From: Octopus sinensis | Lineage: Eukaryota | DNA: 64,000 nt | Direction: 5' to 3' | Assembly: GCF_006345805.1 (NCBI RefSeq) | Contig: NC_043009.1 | Coordinates: 60,574,001 to 60,638,000 of the forward strand | Shown: in pieces, positions 37,171 to 51,490 of the stretch | How positions within the stretch are numbered: the first letter of the stretch is position 1 | How the letters are laid out: every line of letters starts with the position of its first letter | Position numbers and translations under genes: made by a program | Notes under the pieces: model-generated | The model's input: the letters and a program-made list of their open reading frames with translations, nothing else | Databases searched by the model: none | What the model was told of the DNA's origin: nothing

Positions 37171-37869
37171 ATATATTTTGCCAGCATGTGTTCAGAGTCA
37201 GAGTCCACCTAGAGTTGCAGTTAGCACCCATTCTGATAAGTCAAATCAGTGCAATTTAGGAAATGTTTTTATTATCTCATAAGAAAAGAAATTTATGAAT
37301 CTATATAGCAAAATACGTGACATCTCATAAGAAAAGAAATTTATGAATCTATATAGCAAAATACGTGACATATTTCCCCTTTTATTTCATACATACATGC
37401 CAAGCCAAACGGAACTAGAATTTCTTGTCAAATTTGCGCACTTGTTCGTCTGAAGGAACTCTAATTAATATGATCGATATTAAAAATGTTTGCGACTGAA
37501 ACTGCACAAGCTGCTGAAAGACATCTTTCACGATAAAATCAATCAAATTTTATTTATATATCCGCTGTGGATATTAGCGATTTTCTGGAATTATGCAACG
37601 TTTCCAAATAAGAAATATATGAAAATGGGTTATCGTAGTTCATAATTAGCGAGGTAAAGTGCTCTGCTAAAAAAAAAATGTGTTTAATATCTTGTCAAGG
37701 ATATTGTTTTCTGTAAAGGTAATTTTATTTTTACAAATTCATTTCGATAAATTTTTTAATAATTATTTCTACCAGAAGTAACAGAGAATCACCAATAAGT
37801 GGTGGATGCAGTGACAAGCTGTTACAGCGCATGCCCCCATACTACTACTACTACTACTACTACTTGATG

Positions 37870-38255
37870 GATGGAAGCACTCCGTCGGTTACGACGACGA
37901 GGGTTCCGGTTGATCCAAATCAACGGAACAGCCTGCTCGTGAAATTAACGTGTAAGTGGCTGAGCACTCCACAGACACGTGTACCCTTAACGTAGTTCTC
38001 GGGGATATTCAGCGTGACACAGAGAGTGACAAGGCCGGCCCTTTGAAATACAGGTACAACAGAAACAGGAAGTAAGAGTGAGAGAAAGTGGTGGTGAAAG
38101 AGTACAGCAGGGATCACCACCATCCCCTGCCGGAGCCTCGTGGAGCTTTAGGTGTTTTCGCTCAATAAACACTCACAACGCCCGGTCTGGGAATCGAAAC
38201 CGCGATCCTACGACCGCGAGTCCGCTGCCCTAACCACTGGGCCATTGCGCCCCCT
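37870..38255 (-). mobile_element. SINE D, near full length
   Basis: Reverse complement of the 48515 copy. Confidence 0.9.
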
Positions 38256-39345
38256 ACTACTACTTAACCCCACTATGTCAAATCAAAGAAAAGTCTATGC
38301 TTAATTTTAGAATATTGTAATAAAAAAAAAATTAACAGATTTTTTTGTTTTTGTTTTTGTCGAGTTGGAGGGTAACCTGATCTGTTTAATTTGCAACAGA
38401 CGACAAGTTTCTCTTGCCAAAGATATATGTGACTTGTTATGAGAATTAATTTAACGATTACAGCGACAAGATTAAAGAAAAAACAAAAAAAAGAGTTGCT
38501 AAACTACACAGTCAGTAAATCAGCAGTATTGAAACGAGAAAAAAAAAAAGAGAAAATAGAAGCAAAAAAGAAGAAAAAATCCTTTTGCAGCTGAAGCTAG
38601 TTGTTATATGATTACAAATCAAATATTCATTTCGTCAAAGTCCTTTCAGAAAGCGAATTTGTAAGAAAATAAAATTCATGATTACGGTTTCAGAGTTGGA
38701 TTGTCCTGAAATTGTCCGGCAATTATTTTCAGATATATCAATGTCAAACAACTTTATTTCTGACAGTATTATGAATGTCTTTGAAAACTAAGACTTGCAA
38801 CTTTAGAAGAAAGGTTGAATTCTTTTCTTACAATTTTCATTGCCATTAATAAAAGCACCGACATTACCAATGAGGCTCAGTACTGTATCGTTTATTATTA
38901 TTATTTTTTTTTAATGACGTTGATGAAGATATGTACATAATGGAAGAGTTTGCGGAATTTTATTGGTAGATCGTCATAAAGGAGATATATATATTCCAAG
39001 CTTTGGTTATCGCTTTACATAAATTAAACCCAAAACTGGAAACAGATTGTGAGCTTGACCACAGATGGCGTTCCGCAAATAGTAGAGAGTGATTTAGATG
39101 TAATGTCCAGATTAAAATCGGAATTACAGGCTGTAAATAACGATCACTATCTCTATCGTGTTCATTGCATTATGCATCACGAAATGTTATGTTTTAGAGC
39201 TCTCAAAGTGGACCAAATCATTGTTATCGAGTAACAATCAGTTCATTTTATATATGCACGTAGCTTCAATCACGGATAATTTGATAATTTTTCAAAGCGG
39301 TTCGATATTCCACTTGAAATACCTTATCACTGTGATATTGCTGAA

Positions 39346-39578
39346 GGCGGCGAGCTGGCAGAATCGTTAGCACGCCGGGCGAAATGCTTAGCGGTATTTC
39401 GTCTGCCGTTACGTTCTAAGTTCAAATTCCGCCGAGGTCGACTTTGCCTTTCATCCTTTCGGGGTCGATTAAAAAAGTAACAGTTACGCACTGGGGTCGA
39501 TGTAATCGACTTAATCCGTTTGTCTGTCGTTGTTTGTCCCCTCTGTGTTTAGCCCCTTGTGGGTAGTAAAGAAATAGA
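39346..39578 (+). mobile_element. SINE B monomer
   Basis: Full head to GTAAAGAAATA; GATATTGCTGA-like TSD. Confidence 0.9.
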
Positions 39579-39624
39579 TATTGCTGACTAAAGAAGGACA
39601 TTGGATTAAAATGTTTCTGGGAAT

Positions 39625-40032
39625 TTTACTCTTTTACTTGTTTCAGTCATTTGACTGCGGCCATGCTGGAGCACCGCCTTTAATCGAGTAACTCGACCCC
39701 GGGACTTATTCTTTTGTAAGCCCAGTACTTATTCTATCGGTCTCTTTTGCCGAACCGCTAAGTGACGGGGACGTAAACACACACCAACATCGGTTGTCAA
39801 GCAATGCTAGGGGGACAAACACAGACACACAAACACACACACACATACATATATATATATACATATATACGACAGGCTTCTTTCAGTTTCCGTCTACCAA
39901 ATCCACTCACAAGGCATTGGTCGGCTCGGGGCTATAGCAGAAGACACTTGCCCAAGATGCCACGCAGTGGGATTGAACCCAGAACCATGTGGTTGGTTAG
40001 CAAGCTACTTACCAACAGCCACTCCTGCGCCT
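39625..40032 (-). mobile_element. SINE A, full length
   Basis: Complete family A structure. Confidence 0.9.
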
Positions 40033-40529
40033 ATGTAAATATTTCTTGTAAATATTTTGTAAATGTTTCTTGAAAATGAAAGAAAAAAACGTGCCTTAAT
40101 TTGACGATACCGAATGATATCGTCAAATTAAGCTTTTATGGTTGATATTGCGATTAATTTGAATGATCCGGATTAAAAAATACAAGGAAGCACTTTCTTC
40201 CGGCATTGAAACATTTGAAATCAAGTTTGAACTTTCGGTCAATCAAGTATCGATTTCAAGTTTTGGCACAAAACCAGCAATCTGGCAGAAGGCTAAGTCC
40301 ATTCGATCACGGTACTTATTTTATCGACCCCGAAAGGATGAAAGGCAAAGTTGACTTCGACAACATTTGCACTGAGAACGTAAAGACGGACAAAATGCCG
40401 CGAAGCATTTTGTCCGGCATGCTGTTTCAGCAAGCTCACTGCCTCCGAACAAATAAAATATCGAAAAGGAATTTATTTCACTTTGAGTCTTTGAAATCGC
40501 GTGACTCTTCTTCCAATTACGAAATAATA

Positions 40530-40935
40530 CAGGAGTGGTCGTGTGGTAAGTAGCTTGCTTACCAACCACATGGTTCTGGGTTCAGTCCTACTGCGTGGCA
40601 TCTTGGGCAAGTGTCTTCTGCTATAGCCTCGGGCCGACCAAAGCCTTGTGAGTGGATTTGGTAGACGGAAACTGAAAGAAGCCTGTCGTATATATGTATA
40701 TATATATATATATATTTGTATGTGTGTGTATATGTTTGTGTGCCTGTGTTTGTCCCTCTAGCATTGCTTGACAACCGATGATGGTGTGTTTACGTCTCCG
40801 TCACTTAGCGGTTCGGCAAAAGAGACCGATAGAATAAGTACTGGGCTTACAAAGAATAAGTCCCGGGGTCGATTTGCTCGACTAAAGGCGGTGCTCCAGC
40901 ATGGCCGCAGTCAAATGACTGAAACAAGTAAAAGA
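40530..40935 (+). mobile_element. SINE A, full length
   Basis: Complete family A structure. Confidence 0.9.
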
Positions 40936-41934
40936 GTAATAAAAATAGAACTATTTAAAATCTGACCTAAGAAGAAACTTTCAAAACAAACAGAAAAAAA
41001 CAAAGGGTGGGAATTGTTAGATATACAAGAAATTAATATAAAAATTCTCAATTTTCCTGGATCCATTTTCTGTTTACGTAAAATTGTGCCCAAAGAACTA
41101 ACTTGGAATTAAAAACATGAAATGTGAGTTAGCTCTCGAGTATAAATTTTCAAATGTAAACATGAAAGAATTTTATCAGTATTTGGGAGATTAATATCCT
41201 GAATTCAAACTATTTGCTGCTAGAATAATGTCCATGTTGCTAAAATCCATATGTATAAGTGCATTCTCTGGAATACTAAAAAATATTCAAGATTAGCTAA
41301 TGACCATTTAAAGACAGTAATGGAAGTTTCAATCAACGAGTCATTATCTCCAAACTTTGATATTCTGGTAGAAAACAAGCCACGTTTCAGGAGGTTATAG
41401 CATAAATTGAAATAAAGAACTTTGTTTCATTTATTCGTGTCTGTTTAAGAAAGCGCGTGGCGTAGTGTTTAAGGTTTTGCGCTCACTATCGGCGGATGGT
41501 GGGTTTGTTTTCCTAGAGAGGGTGGTCTCATTTTGCTTTGCTCCAATCCATTCAGTTGTAAATGAGTAAACCTACTACAGTCCGGCGTCCCATTCAAGGC
41601 AGATGACATCTCGGTTACTCATACTTCACGGAAACCGGGTAACCATCCCAATAAATCCCTAGAATTCCAGACACTGCTTTACATTTTTACTTTGTGTACA
41701 TAAAAATAATTCTGGAAAATGATTTTATCAAATTATTTTTATACGGCTATCATCTTTCAATTATCTGATCTTGTTACTGTGTCTCCTTGGTTGTCTACCC
41801 GTAGTTCCGGAGATCACTAGGAGTGAGGCACCCCTGATCTTTTATTAAAGCATGACCCTAGAACCCACTGCTCCGATAATCGGCGATGATCTCGTCAGCG
41901 AATCCTCTGCGACGATCGATGGTCGACAATCTGT

Positions 41935-42787
41935 TTCTTTATTGCCCACAAGGGGCTAAACACAGAGGGGACAAACAAGGACAGACAAACGGATTAAGTC
42001 GATTATATCGACCCCAGTGAGTAACTGGTACTTAATTTATCGACCCCGAAAGGATGAAAGGCAAAGTCGACCACAGCGGAATTTGAACTCAGAATGTAGC
42101 GGACAAATAGAAATACCATCCTACGCAATAATGAGACATTGGCCCAAGGAATTCGGCGCCAAAACTTGCACTGATTTTTAAAAAGTTATCAGTAGATTAT
42201 TTTGCATAAAAAAATAAATAATTAGTTAAATATACAACAGATTTATTTGTTTTGTGCGTTATTTTAATAAGACATAATTTCTTTACTACCCACAAGGGGC
42301 TAAACACAGAGGGGACAAACAAGGACAGACAAAGGGATTCAGTCGATTATATCGACCCCAGTGCGTAACTGGTACTTAATTTATCGACCCCGAAAGGATG
42401 AAAGGCAAAGTCGACCACAGCGGAATTTGAAATCAGAATGTAGCGGACAAATAGAAATACCATCCTACGCAATAATGAGACATTGGCCCAAGGAATTCGG
42501 CGCCAAAACTTGCACTGATTTTTAAAAAGTTATCAGTAGATTATTTTGCATAAAAAAATAAATAATTAGTTAAATATACAACAGATTTATTTGTTTTGTG
42601 CGTTATTTTAATAAGACATAATTTCTTTACTACCCACAAGGGGCTAAACACAGAGGGGACAAACAAGGACAGACAAAGGGATTCAGTCGATTATATCGAC
42701 CCAGTGCGTAACTGGTACTTAATTTATCGACCCCGAAAGGATGAAAGGCAAAGTCAACCTCGGCGGAAGTTATTTTAATAAGACATA
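41935..42787. repeat. ~344-bp tandem duplication (SINE B 3' part plus unique flank) followed by truncated SINE B
   Basis: AATAATGAGACATTGGCCC at 42127 and 42471. Confidence 0.9.
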
Positions 42788-43829
42788 TCTATTTGTTTAT
42801 TATTTTTTTATACGAAATTTATAAATATGAAGTCCGAATATAAGTTTGACTGTGGTTAGGGATATTCGGCTAACGATTGAAAGGTCGTGAGTTCGATACC
42901 GGTGCATTCTGTCCTTGAGCAAGATGGTTTATTTCACGTTGGTTCAGTCCACTCAACCGACAAAAAGAGTTGTACTAGTACGCCAAAGGGGCCAGTCTTG
43001 TCACATTGTGTCTCGCTGAATCCCCCTGAGAATTACGTTAAGGGTCAGGTGTATATGCAGTGTTCAGCCACTCGCACGTTAATTTTCACGAGCAGGCTCT
43101 TTCCGTTGATCCGATCAGCTGGAATCCTCGTCGTCATAACCGACGGAGTGCCAGATGGTAGCCATCGCAGTACTGGTGGTTGCAAAACGCCTTAGACACG
43201 CGCAGGGTCCTAATGTTGAGTGATAAACTGTTCTGCTTGCACTCGTTCACTATCCGAGCGTTGTGACTCGTGGGATTTTGTCCAAAATCTGTTGTCAGAT
43301 GTGGGGTGGATACGGTTAACAATCAAGTCTATAGAGAGGATTGGCTCGTGGCCTTCTTTTTGCAAAAGTGCTGGAAACTTTCCTGTGTTTTGACTGGTGA
43401 AAGTGATTGAATAATGGACACGGCTGTGAATAGGTGCAGACATGGCTCTATGGTTAAACAGCTCGCTTTGCAAGCATGTGGTTACTGGTTCAACCGTACC
43501 TTAGGTATGTGCGATACCTAAAGTGAGTGTCTCTTACGATAAGCCCGGGCCCACTCATGACTAATGCCTTGTGAGGGAATGTGATGGACTTAAATGGTGT
43601 GAATGTCCGTCGTATGTATAAATATAGGTGTGTGTGTGTGTGCGTGTATTTGCGTGTTGTTTGGCAACTGGTGTTGGTTTGTTTAACTTGACATTCGGCA
43701 AAATAAACCGATTGAGTCAGTATCAGACTTAACCAAAATAATTACTGGTAACGATTTGTTCGATTTAACCTTTCAAGATGGTGCCCCAACATGGTCGTAA
43801 TCCAATGACTGAAAGAAATAAAATATATA

Positions 43830-44060
43830 AGGCGGCGAGCTGGCAGAAACGTTAGCACGCCGGCGAAATGCTTAGCGGCATTTCGTCTGCCGTTACGTTC
43901 TGAGTTCAAATTCCGCCGAGGTCGACTTTGCCTTTCATCCTTTCGGGGTCGATTAAATAAGTACCAGTTATGCACTGGAGTCGATATAATCGACTTAATC
44001 CCTTTGTCTGTCCTTGTTTGTCCCGTCTATGTTTAACCCCTTGTGGGCAATAAAGAAATA
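43830..44060 (+). mobile_element. SINE B monomer
   Basis: Flanked by AAGAAATAAAATATATAA repeats. Confidence 0.9.
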
Positions 44061-44089
44061 AGAAATAAAATATATAAACGATACATCCT

Positions 44090-45480
44090 TTTATACGTCA
44101 TACAAATGTATCATCCTTAGGTGCATTCATTGGAAAACTCATAGATACAGATTTGGACCTTCCGAATGGCATTGTGCTAAAATTCTTCGTTGCAGAAAAT
44201 GACTTATGGAATTTGGTTGTTAAAGAAGACTTTCCATTCCGGAAAAGTTCAGCGTATAAAATACAATCGCTTTTCAGATGCATTTACCTATGCTAATAAC
44301 TTTTCTCGATAACAAGCATTATCACCTGAATCACGTGTATCGAGCAGACTATCGGATGTCGTTATACACCGCTGATCACGATGCGCTTCCATTTCTTTCT
44401 TAATTGCGCTATTCTTTTGCATCTTAGTCCAAATTCTTTTACTGCATCGAGTTCCCGTCGTCGTGAAGGCCTTCCTACTGGCTTTTTTCGAATCTCTGGG
44501 ATACCACTTGACAACTGCACGGGTCCACATGTTGTTTGTGAAACTTGCGACAAGTCCGATCCAACGGACCTTGTGCTTTCGGTACTCTCCGATCCCTTGT
44601 TCCCTTCATTTCGTTTTCGAATCATCTCGTTTCGGGTAATGCTCACACAACAGTATTTCTAACATGAATCTTCCTATGACCCTTTGTGTGGGAGCCAATC
44701 GATGTCCTTCCCTCTTCGTAGTAGCCCGCGTCTCACTGCAAGTAGGGCAGTGATTTTGAAGAGACCGGTACATATGGTCTTACCTAGCTTTGCAATAAGC
44801 ACATTTTTTTTTTATCAAAAGAAACGCCTTCCAGCCTGTCCTTATTCTCATCATGATTTTATCGTCTTTTGTCTCGGTACATATTCGCTTGTACTCCTTT
44901 GTCTTCTCGGTTTTATCGCTTCCCATCTCTATTCGGCCTTGAGCTACGTCTTCAGATCGCATATATTTTGTTTCCATGCGGTTTATTTAAGGCCTACAGA
45001 TGAACTATGAATGTCCGGCTCCGTCTGGGACTTCGGCGATGAGTACGATGTCATCTGAGAATCGGAGGGCTGTTAGTAACTCGCCATTGATTTCAAGCTA
45101 CCTCGCCAATCAATGTCTCTGATGACTATTTCTAGACATGCGGAGACCTTTGTATATTTGATGCCCTAACAAGTGGCGATAATAGTGCTATGTCAGTGGT
45201 GCATCCAGCTTTCGCATCTCTAAGCAGTTTAATGCGTTGCACTTCGACTCTAGGCATTTTCAGAGATTTAAGTATTGAGTTCATCTTGGTGCTATCAAAG
45301 GCTTTTCGTAATCAGCGCGAAAATGATATACTACTGTCCTTCGGGTTATATTATTTGTTAGTTTCAATGTATTTCCTTCCTTTTTCAGCAACTTCCCACA
45401 TTCTTTCATTTCTTTGGTTCCATTTTACATTTCCTTTCATGTAATTCCAGCGCGTCGGGCTCCTGCTGGCGCCTTCTCCA
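44090..45480 (-). pseudogene. Ty3/Gypsy pol (RT) relic
   Basis: TMPFGRSKSVSMSFPMNAP ~ TTPFGRYxFxRMPFGIxSAP; KRIWTKMQKNSAIKKE ~ VRLCVDLTKLNxAIKRE; heavily decayed. Confidence 0.55.
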
Positions 45481-45724
45481 TTTTCAACAATGGGGAAAAA
45501 ACAACAATTGAAAGATAACAACAATCTGTAGTTTCAACAATAACAACAATATTGGGTACACAATGAATATTCAACAAAGGATTCACAAATAACACGACAA
45601 AACCAACTCCGATACAAATAACTCAAACCACCTACTCCGTACTGATTTCTTTATTAGGCACTACGACCTAGGACAGACTAGACACCACAGTGGCGACAAA
45701 AAACAGAAACCGAATGAAAATTTT

Positions 45725-46060
45725 ATGTAATGAAGATGAAACGGCTGGATGGGAACCACTTCTCATGCAGTACCATTTGAATAGTTTAATCTTTACAATC
45801 GTTCAACTTGCTTTGTATTTTTCATTACTGTTGTAAATGTTATATAATGAAGATGAAACGGCTGGATGGGAACCACTTCTCATGCAGTACCATTTGAATA
45901 GTTTAATCTCTTTACAATCGTTCAATTTGCTTTGTATTTTTCATTACTGTTGTAAATGTTATGTAATGAAAATGAAAAGGCTGCATGAGACCCACTTCTC
46001 ATGCAGTACCATTTGAAGTTTAATCTTTACAATCGTTCAACTTGCTTTGTATTTTTCCTT
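45725..46060. repeat. Three tandem ~118-bp units
   Basis: AATGAA(G/A)ATG at 45729, 45846, 45965. Confidence 0.95.
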
Positions 46061-46099
46061 ACCGTTCTTCCTTGTCTCTCTTTTTAACAATAGAATGAT

Positions 46100-47130
46100 T
46101 TAACTTACTTTTTCTTTTTTAGTATTTCATGAAGGGTTTGATATCTTTCAGTTTCACCACCGGTGGTAATTCATCGAATTCCACCGCTACTCCGGGGGTG
46201 TGAAGATCCCTCCACACATATTATTCAGCTTGTTGTATTTCTCTCTGTCGATCAAAATGGCCTTTACATTCTCCGAATACATGTCTGTCGGCAGTTTTAC
46301 CTTTATAATAGACTTAAATTTTGTGATTTTCCGTTCTATCTCCTTGTTTTTCGCGTATGACACAAAACGCCATCGATTTTTGGACTTTCTTACTAGCTTT
46401 CCCTTTTCCTCCTCCACTGCTGGTACCATTTCTCTTCCCACTCTGAATAATTCCTCCATTTCACCTTCGTATAATTGTTCTGAATCCTCCTCCTCCTCTA
46501 CTGGTACAATCCTTCTGCAACTTCTCTACGCACTCCTTTCCAATTTCTTTTTCGACCACCATTTTATCTTTCACCATTTTATCTTCCTTCCGTCTGACTT
46601 CCTTCATAACCTCTTCCTCTGACGTTTCTCCTTTATTTATTTTTTTTTTTTGCCTTTCTGGCGGAGAGCTTACTCTATCGCTTCTCTTTCATTTTTTTAC
46701 CAGCGTTAATCCTTCATCCGTTCTTGTCTCCTTTACCTCGACTTGTACCTCTTGGTCTGCACTTTCTTGCTTCTCCATCTCTTCCGTCTGTGGTTCTTTC
46801 TAGAGGCACCTCGCTTTCATGTGGCCTTTTTCTTCACATTCATAGCATATGGGCGGCCTACCTTCTACCACCACTCGCAGTCTTACGTCCTCAGGAAGAA
46901 CTATTTCTTCCGAGATTCGATTGAGGTCATCTATACTCGCTTGAATGGCCAATTCTAAGCCATATCCCCAAGACTCTTTTTGTTCTGGTGGCCTTGAGAA
47001 TCTTCGCCTCCTCCTTCTGCTCCATATTGTACATAATGACTGCCATCAGCCATGTTTCCTTTATCTCTTAAGTGATCGTATTTTATGTGTAATAATCCTT
47101 TCTACTCTAGGCACAAGCCTTGAAATGTTG
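46100..47130 (-). pseudogene. LINE ORF1-like relic with CCHC zinc knuckle
   Basis: RVVVEGRPPICYECEEKGHMKARC (knuckle 46806-46847) followed by E/K-rich sequence; stops present. Confidence 0.55.
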
Positions 47131-48514
47131 TGGAAGGGGACTAGCCGATTGTAATCGACCCCAGTTTTTCACTGGTTCTTAATTTATCGACCCCGAAAAG
47201 ATGAAAAGCAAAGTCGATCTCGGCGGAATTTGAACTCAGAACGCTAAGCATTTCTTCCAGCGCGCTGGCGATTCTGCCTGTTCGCCGCCTCACTTTATGT
47301 GTAATAATCGCATGTAAGCTTTAAAATTAATCTCAAATGTACTGATTGAGATTGTTTTCATTTGGCCCGTTTCTTTTGTTTTGTCTAAAACATACAGTGT
47401 TTCTTTATCGTCTCTCTGTGTATTTTGTGTGTAATAACAATCACATATCAATCATAAAATAAGTGTTGTTGTTATTTCTATTGTTGCTCAGAAGGCTTGC
47501 GTTCTATTGCGTTCTTTCACTATCGAATACAGCTCTGTGCGCTTTGGGCATCGTGGGTTGTTTTACATTTGTTGTTTCGACTGTATCGAAAGTCACTATA
47601 CAACATGTATTTCATGCCTAGAAGTACTCTTTTCTATATAGTGTACATTCTTCTAAGTCCTTGGGGGTTCTGGGTTATGTATTTGTCTGCCTGTTTCTTC
47701 AATATTTTCCAAGACATTATTACAGAGTCTGTTTTTATTTTCTTTTGGGATAATTTTTGGATAACTGAGATTTACTTTATTTGTAAAGTATTGTGGAAGG
47801 GTTCCCACCACCCTTCTAGTGACTATAAGGTGGTCTGTCTTGTGCTGTCCCCTCTGTGTTATGATCTAAGTGCCAAATAAAGAATAATCGTGCTGGTAGC
47901 GATTTTCTGTCAAATCATTTTGATTCCCGTGGATGTAAGTCGTATTGTTGTACATTTGGTGATGGTCTCCCCGGACGGGTGAAGCTATGATTTGTTGAAT
48001 TGTTGGAGCTGTCAACTTTGAGAAAAAAAATTGAAATTCTTTTTAAGTTTGGAAGAAAATTCGACATTCACGAACTCTTGAAGTTGAGAGAGTTCCAAAT
48101 TAATTGAATCTGTATAACAATGTACAACTTCTGTCTGTGATACAGCTTTTCTGTCTTTACTGACATCGACCTGTCCCCTAACCCTTTCTTGAAACCTTTT
48201 CCTTCTCATCAACAAATCGCAAAACGTGTGACTGTTAAGGTTTCATTCGAAGGTTTGTAGTCTCACCAAACTCAACAGCAACAAATACTGTTTCCCCGAT
48301 CATTGGCTTAGTTACACCTTCACTTGTAACAGCTATACAACTGAACGATTTCGTTTTGAATATCGCTTGAAAGTGATATTCATTTTCAATATCGTTTCAA
48401 AGCTGAGAAAATGTCTCCTTACATCGACAAACTAACAGACGTGGAGAAACGGAAAAATTTGTTCAGAATGGGTCATCTTGTCAATTCCTCAGACTATTCA
48501 TAATACTTTCAATG

Positions 48515-48880
48515 TGGAGGCGCAATGGCCCAGTGGTTAGGGCAGCGGACTCGCGGTTTCGATTCCCAGACCGGGCGTTGTGAGTGTTTATTGAGCGAAA
48601 ACACCTAAAAGCTCCACGAGGCTCCGGCAGGGGATGGTGGTGATCCCTGCTGTACTCTTTCACCACAACTTTCTCTCACTCTTACTTCCTGTTTCTGTTG
48701 TACCTTGTATTTCAAAGAGCCGGCCTTGTCACTCTCTGAGTCACGCTGAATATCCCCGAGAACTACGTTAAGGGTGCACGTGTCTGTGGAGTGCTCAGCC
48801 ACTTACACGTTAATTTCACGAGCAGGCTGTTCCGTTGATTCGGATCAACCGGAACCCTCGTCGTCGTAACCGACGGAGTG
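48515..48880 (+). mobile_element. SINE D, near full length with TSD
   Basis: CATAATACTTTCAAT on both flanks. Confidence 0.92.
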
Positions 48881-49257
48881 CTTCCACCCATAATACTTTC
48901 AATCAAAATAACGATGACATTCCTTGCTGTCCACTCCGGCTTTGATTTTCAGTTTAAGCTTTGGTTTCCCTTTTCCAAGAATGATAATATTCTTCTCATC
49001 TGTTTCAAAGTTGGGGGAAGCAGAGGGAAAACTGAACTAATTGACCCTTTTGCCATCCTGGCGGGTGATTGAAAGCATGAGAAATTCTACTGGGTTATAA
49101 TCCTTAAACGAATTGAAGCTTTACGCTAATAGATAACTTGGGTGCTAGTTTACTTTTTTACGCAAACTTTCTAAAAAAAACTTTAAAAACTTGAAATTAA
49201 ATTTTAAAGAATTGGTTTGAACGAATGGAATGGATGGATGTAAAACTTTACTATTTA

Positions 49258-49313
49258 ATCACACACACACACACACACTCACACACACACACACACACAT
49301 ACACACACACACA

Positions 49314-49358
<45 letters not shown>

Positions 49359-49372
49359 ACACATACACACAC

Positions 49373-49409
<37 letters not shown>

Positions 49410-49536
49410 TACACACACATACACACACACATACACACACACACACACACATACCACACACACACACACACAACACACACACACATAACACACACACACA
49501 CACACACACATACACACACACACATACACATACACA

Positions 49537-49628
<92 letters not shown>
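49258..49628. repeat. (CA)n microsatellite
   Basis: Directly visible. Confidence 0.98.
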
Positions 49629-49633
<5 letters not shown>

Positions 49634-49934
49634 CAGTTTCTTCTTTTCCCTCTGTGTGAAATTGTCAAGAAAACTCTGGGGTCACATGACTGAATTCAGG
49701 TCTTAAGAAGGGATCAAAAATACTCCCTCTATTGGTAAAATCTTTTTAGAAAGCAAGCGTGGATGTGTGGTAAGAAGTTTGCTTCCCAACCACATGGTTC
49801 CGGGTTCAATCTTCTACTGGTGTCTTCATGGGCCGACTGAAACCTTGTAAGAGGACTTGATAGAGGGGAAATTTTTTAAAAAAACCGTCGTATGTGTGTG
49901 TGTGTGTATGTGTATGGGTATATGTGTGCGGGTA

Positions 49935-49996
<62 letters not shown>

Positions 49997-50755
49997 CTGT
50001 GTTTGTCCTTCACCAACGCTTGACAACCGGCATTGGTGTGTTTACGTTTCCGTAACTTAACAGTTCGGTACAAAAGACCAAAAGAATAAGCACCAGGTTT
50101 TAAAAAACGTACTGGGATAGATTCCTTATTCTGAAAATTATTTAAGGTGGTGCCCCAGCATGGCCACAACCTATTGATTGAAACAAGTAGAAGATAAAAG
50201 ATGAAATGTGTATTCTTCGGTACCGAATAATCATACGAAATATATCAGAAAGCAATGAAACTTGTAAGTTGACTGAATATGCATTTCTCGTCTAAATCTG
50301 GCCGACGATGAGGGAAGCCTCTGGAAAGTTCTCTGAATAGGCAAGCTTTTGATCTTTGCTGCACAGGACAGTAAAAATATCAGTAAAAAATATCAGTAAA
50401 AATGTTGACGACGTGTCTGCTGGCTTAACACGGCTGAAAGGCAAGCAGTAAAATATCTGCTTTCTCTTTCTTGACCACTCACTGATTGTTTGTTTTTTCC
50501 CTCTTTTTGACGATCCATTCTCGAAAATAATAGAATACAAAGAAAAGAGCACCACTGCTCTTACTATGAGTGAAAGTAAGCAGTAAAAAATTTGCTTTCC
50601 TTCGCCTTTCTTCCTGTTGACCACTCACCCGTTTATTTTGCCCCACCATACACATTCTTTCGGCTATGGCGAAAAAATGTGTATGGTGGACGCGTCTGAA
50701 AGGTCTAGAGACAAACGCTTTCCTCTCTGGTCAATCTCTCATCAACTTCAAGTAT

Positions 50756-51150
50756 AGGCGCAGAAGTGGCTGTGTGGTATGTAGCTTGCTTAGCAACCAC
50801 ATGGTTCTGGGTTCAGACCCACTGCGTGGCACCTTCGGTAAGTGTCTTCTACTATAGCCTCGGGCCGACCAAAGCCTTGTGAGTGAATTTGGCAAATGGA
50901 AACTGAAAGAAACCCGTCGTATATATGTATATATATATATGTGTATGTGTGTGTCTATGTTTGTCCCCCCCAACATCGCTTGACAACCGATGTTGGTGTG
51001 TTTACGTCCCCGTAACTTAGCGGTTCGGCAAAAGAGACCGATAGAATAAGTATTAGGCTTACAAAGAATAAGTCCTGGGGTCGATTTGCTCGACTAAAAG
51101 GCGGTGCTCCAGCATGGCCGCAGTCAAATGACTGAAACAAGTAAAAGAGT
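50756..51150 (+). mobile_element. SINE A, full length
   Basis: Complete family A structure. Confidence 0.9.
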
Positions 51151-51299
51151 ATCACTTGAAGAGGAAAGTGAGAGTAGAGAGGGAAGTTTTGTCTAGTGAA
51201 TGTTTCAATAAAAGATGGGTGAATGTAGCAAGGATGGCACGTGTGAATGACGGAGCCAGTTTGAGCATAATCCTATGAACCAAAAAACGAAAGGAAAAA

Positions 51300-51490
51300 A
51301 AGGGACCCACTTACTTGCATGACCCTATTACCCAATGTCCCCATGGTCTTTTCCGTAGGCTTTTCTATCCACGGATAAACCTAATCTGTTTTCCTTTTAC
51401 ATTGAAATTTCTGTGATACACGATCCCTATTGATTGTCCCCAACTTTTTCTTTTTTTTTTTTTTTCATGATTCCTTTTGATCGGAATTCG
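51300..51490 (-). repeat. Unclassified interspersed repeat, homologous to 55900-56200 (+)
   Basis: Shared GGTTTATCCGTGG..AAAAGCCTACGGAAAAGA and CAATCAATAGGGATC. Confidence 0.65.

Larger units (their letters stand above)
38340..41400 (+). pseudogene. Second, older hAT transposase relic fragmented by SINEs
   Basis: LICLIC, STDITNEAQ, LTTDGVPQI, HCIMHHEMLC, FMVDIAINLN, YPEFKLFAARIMSM. Confidence 0.7.

Noticed and set aside
37270-37370. 49-bp tandem duplication (also ~51-bp at 60150-60255)
   Set aside because: Ordinary small slippage duplications
41860-41900. Minus-strand CTGACGA-GAT...ATC-GGAG motif
   Set aside because: GAAA replaced by GGAG and no convincing stems I/III
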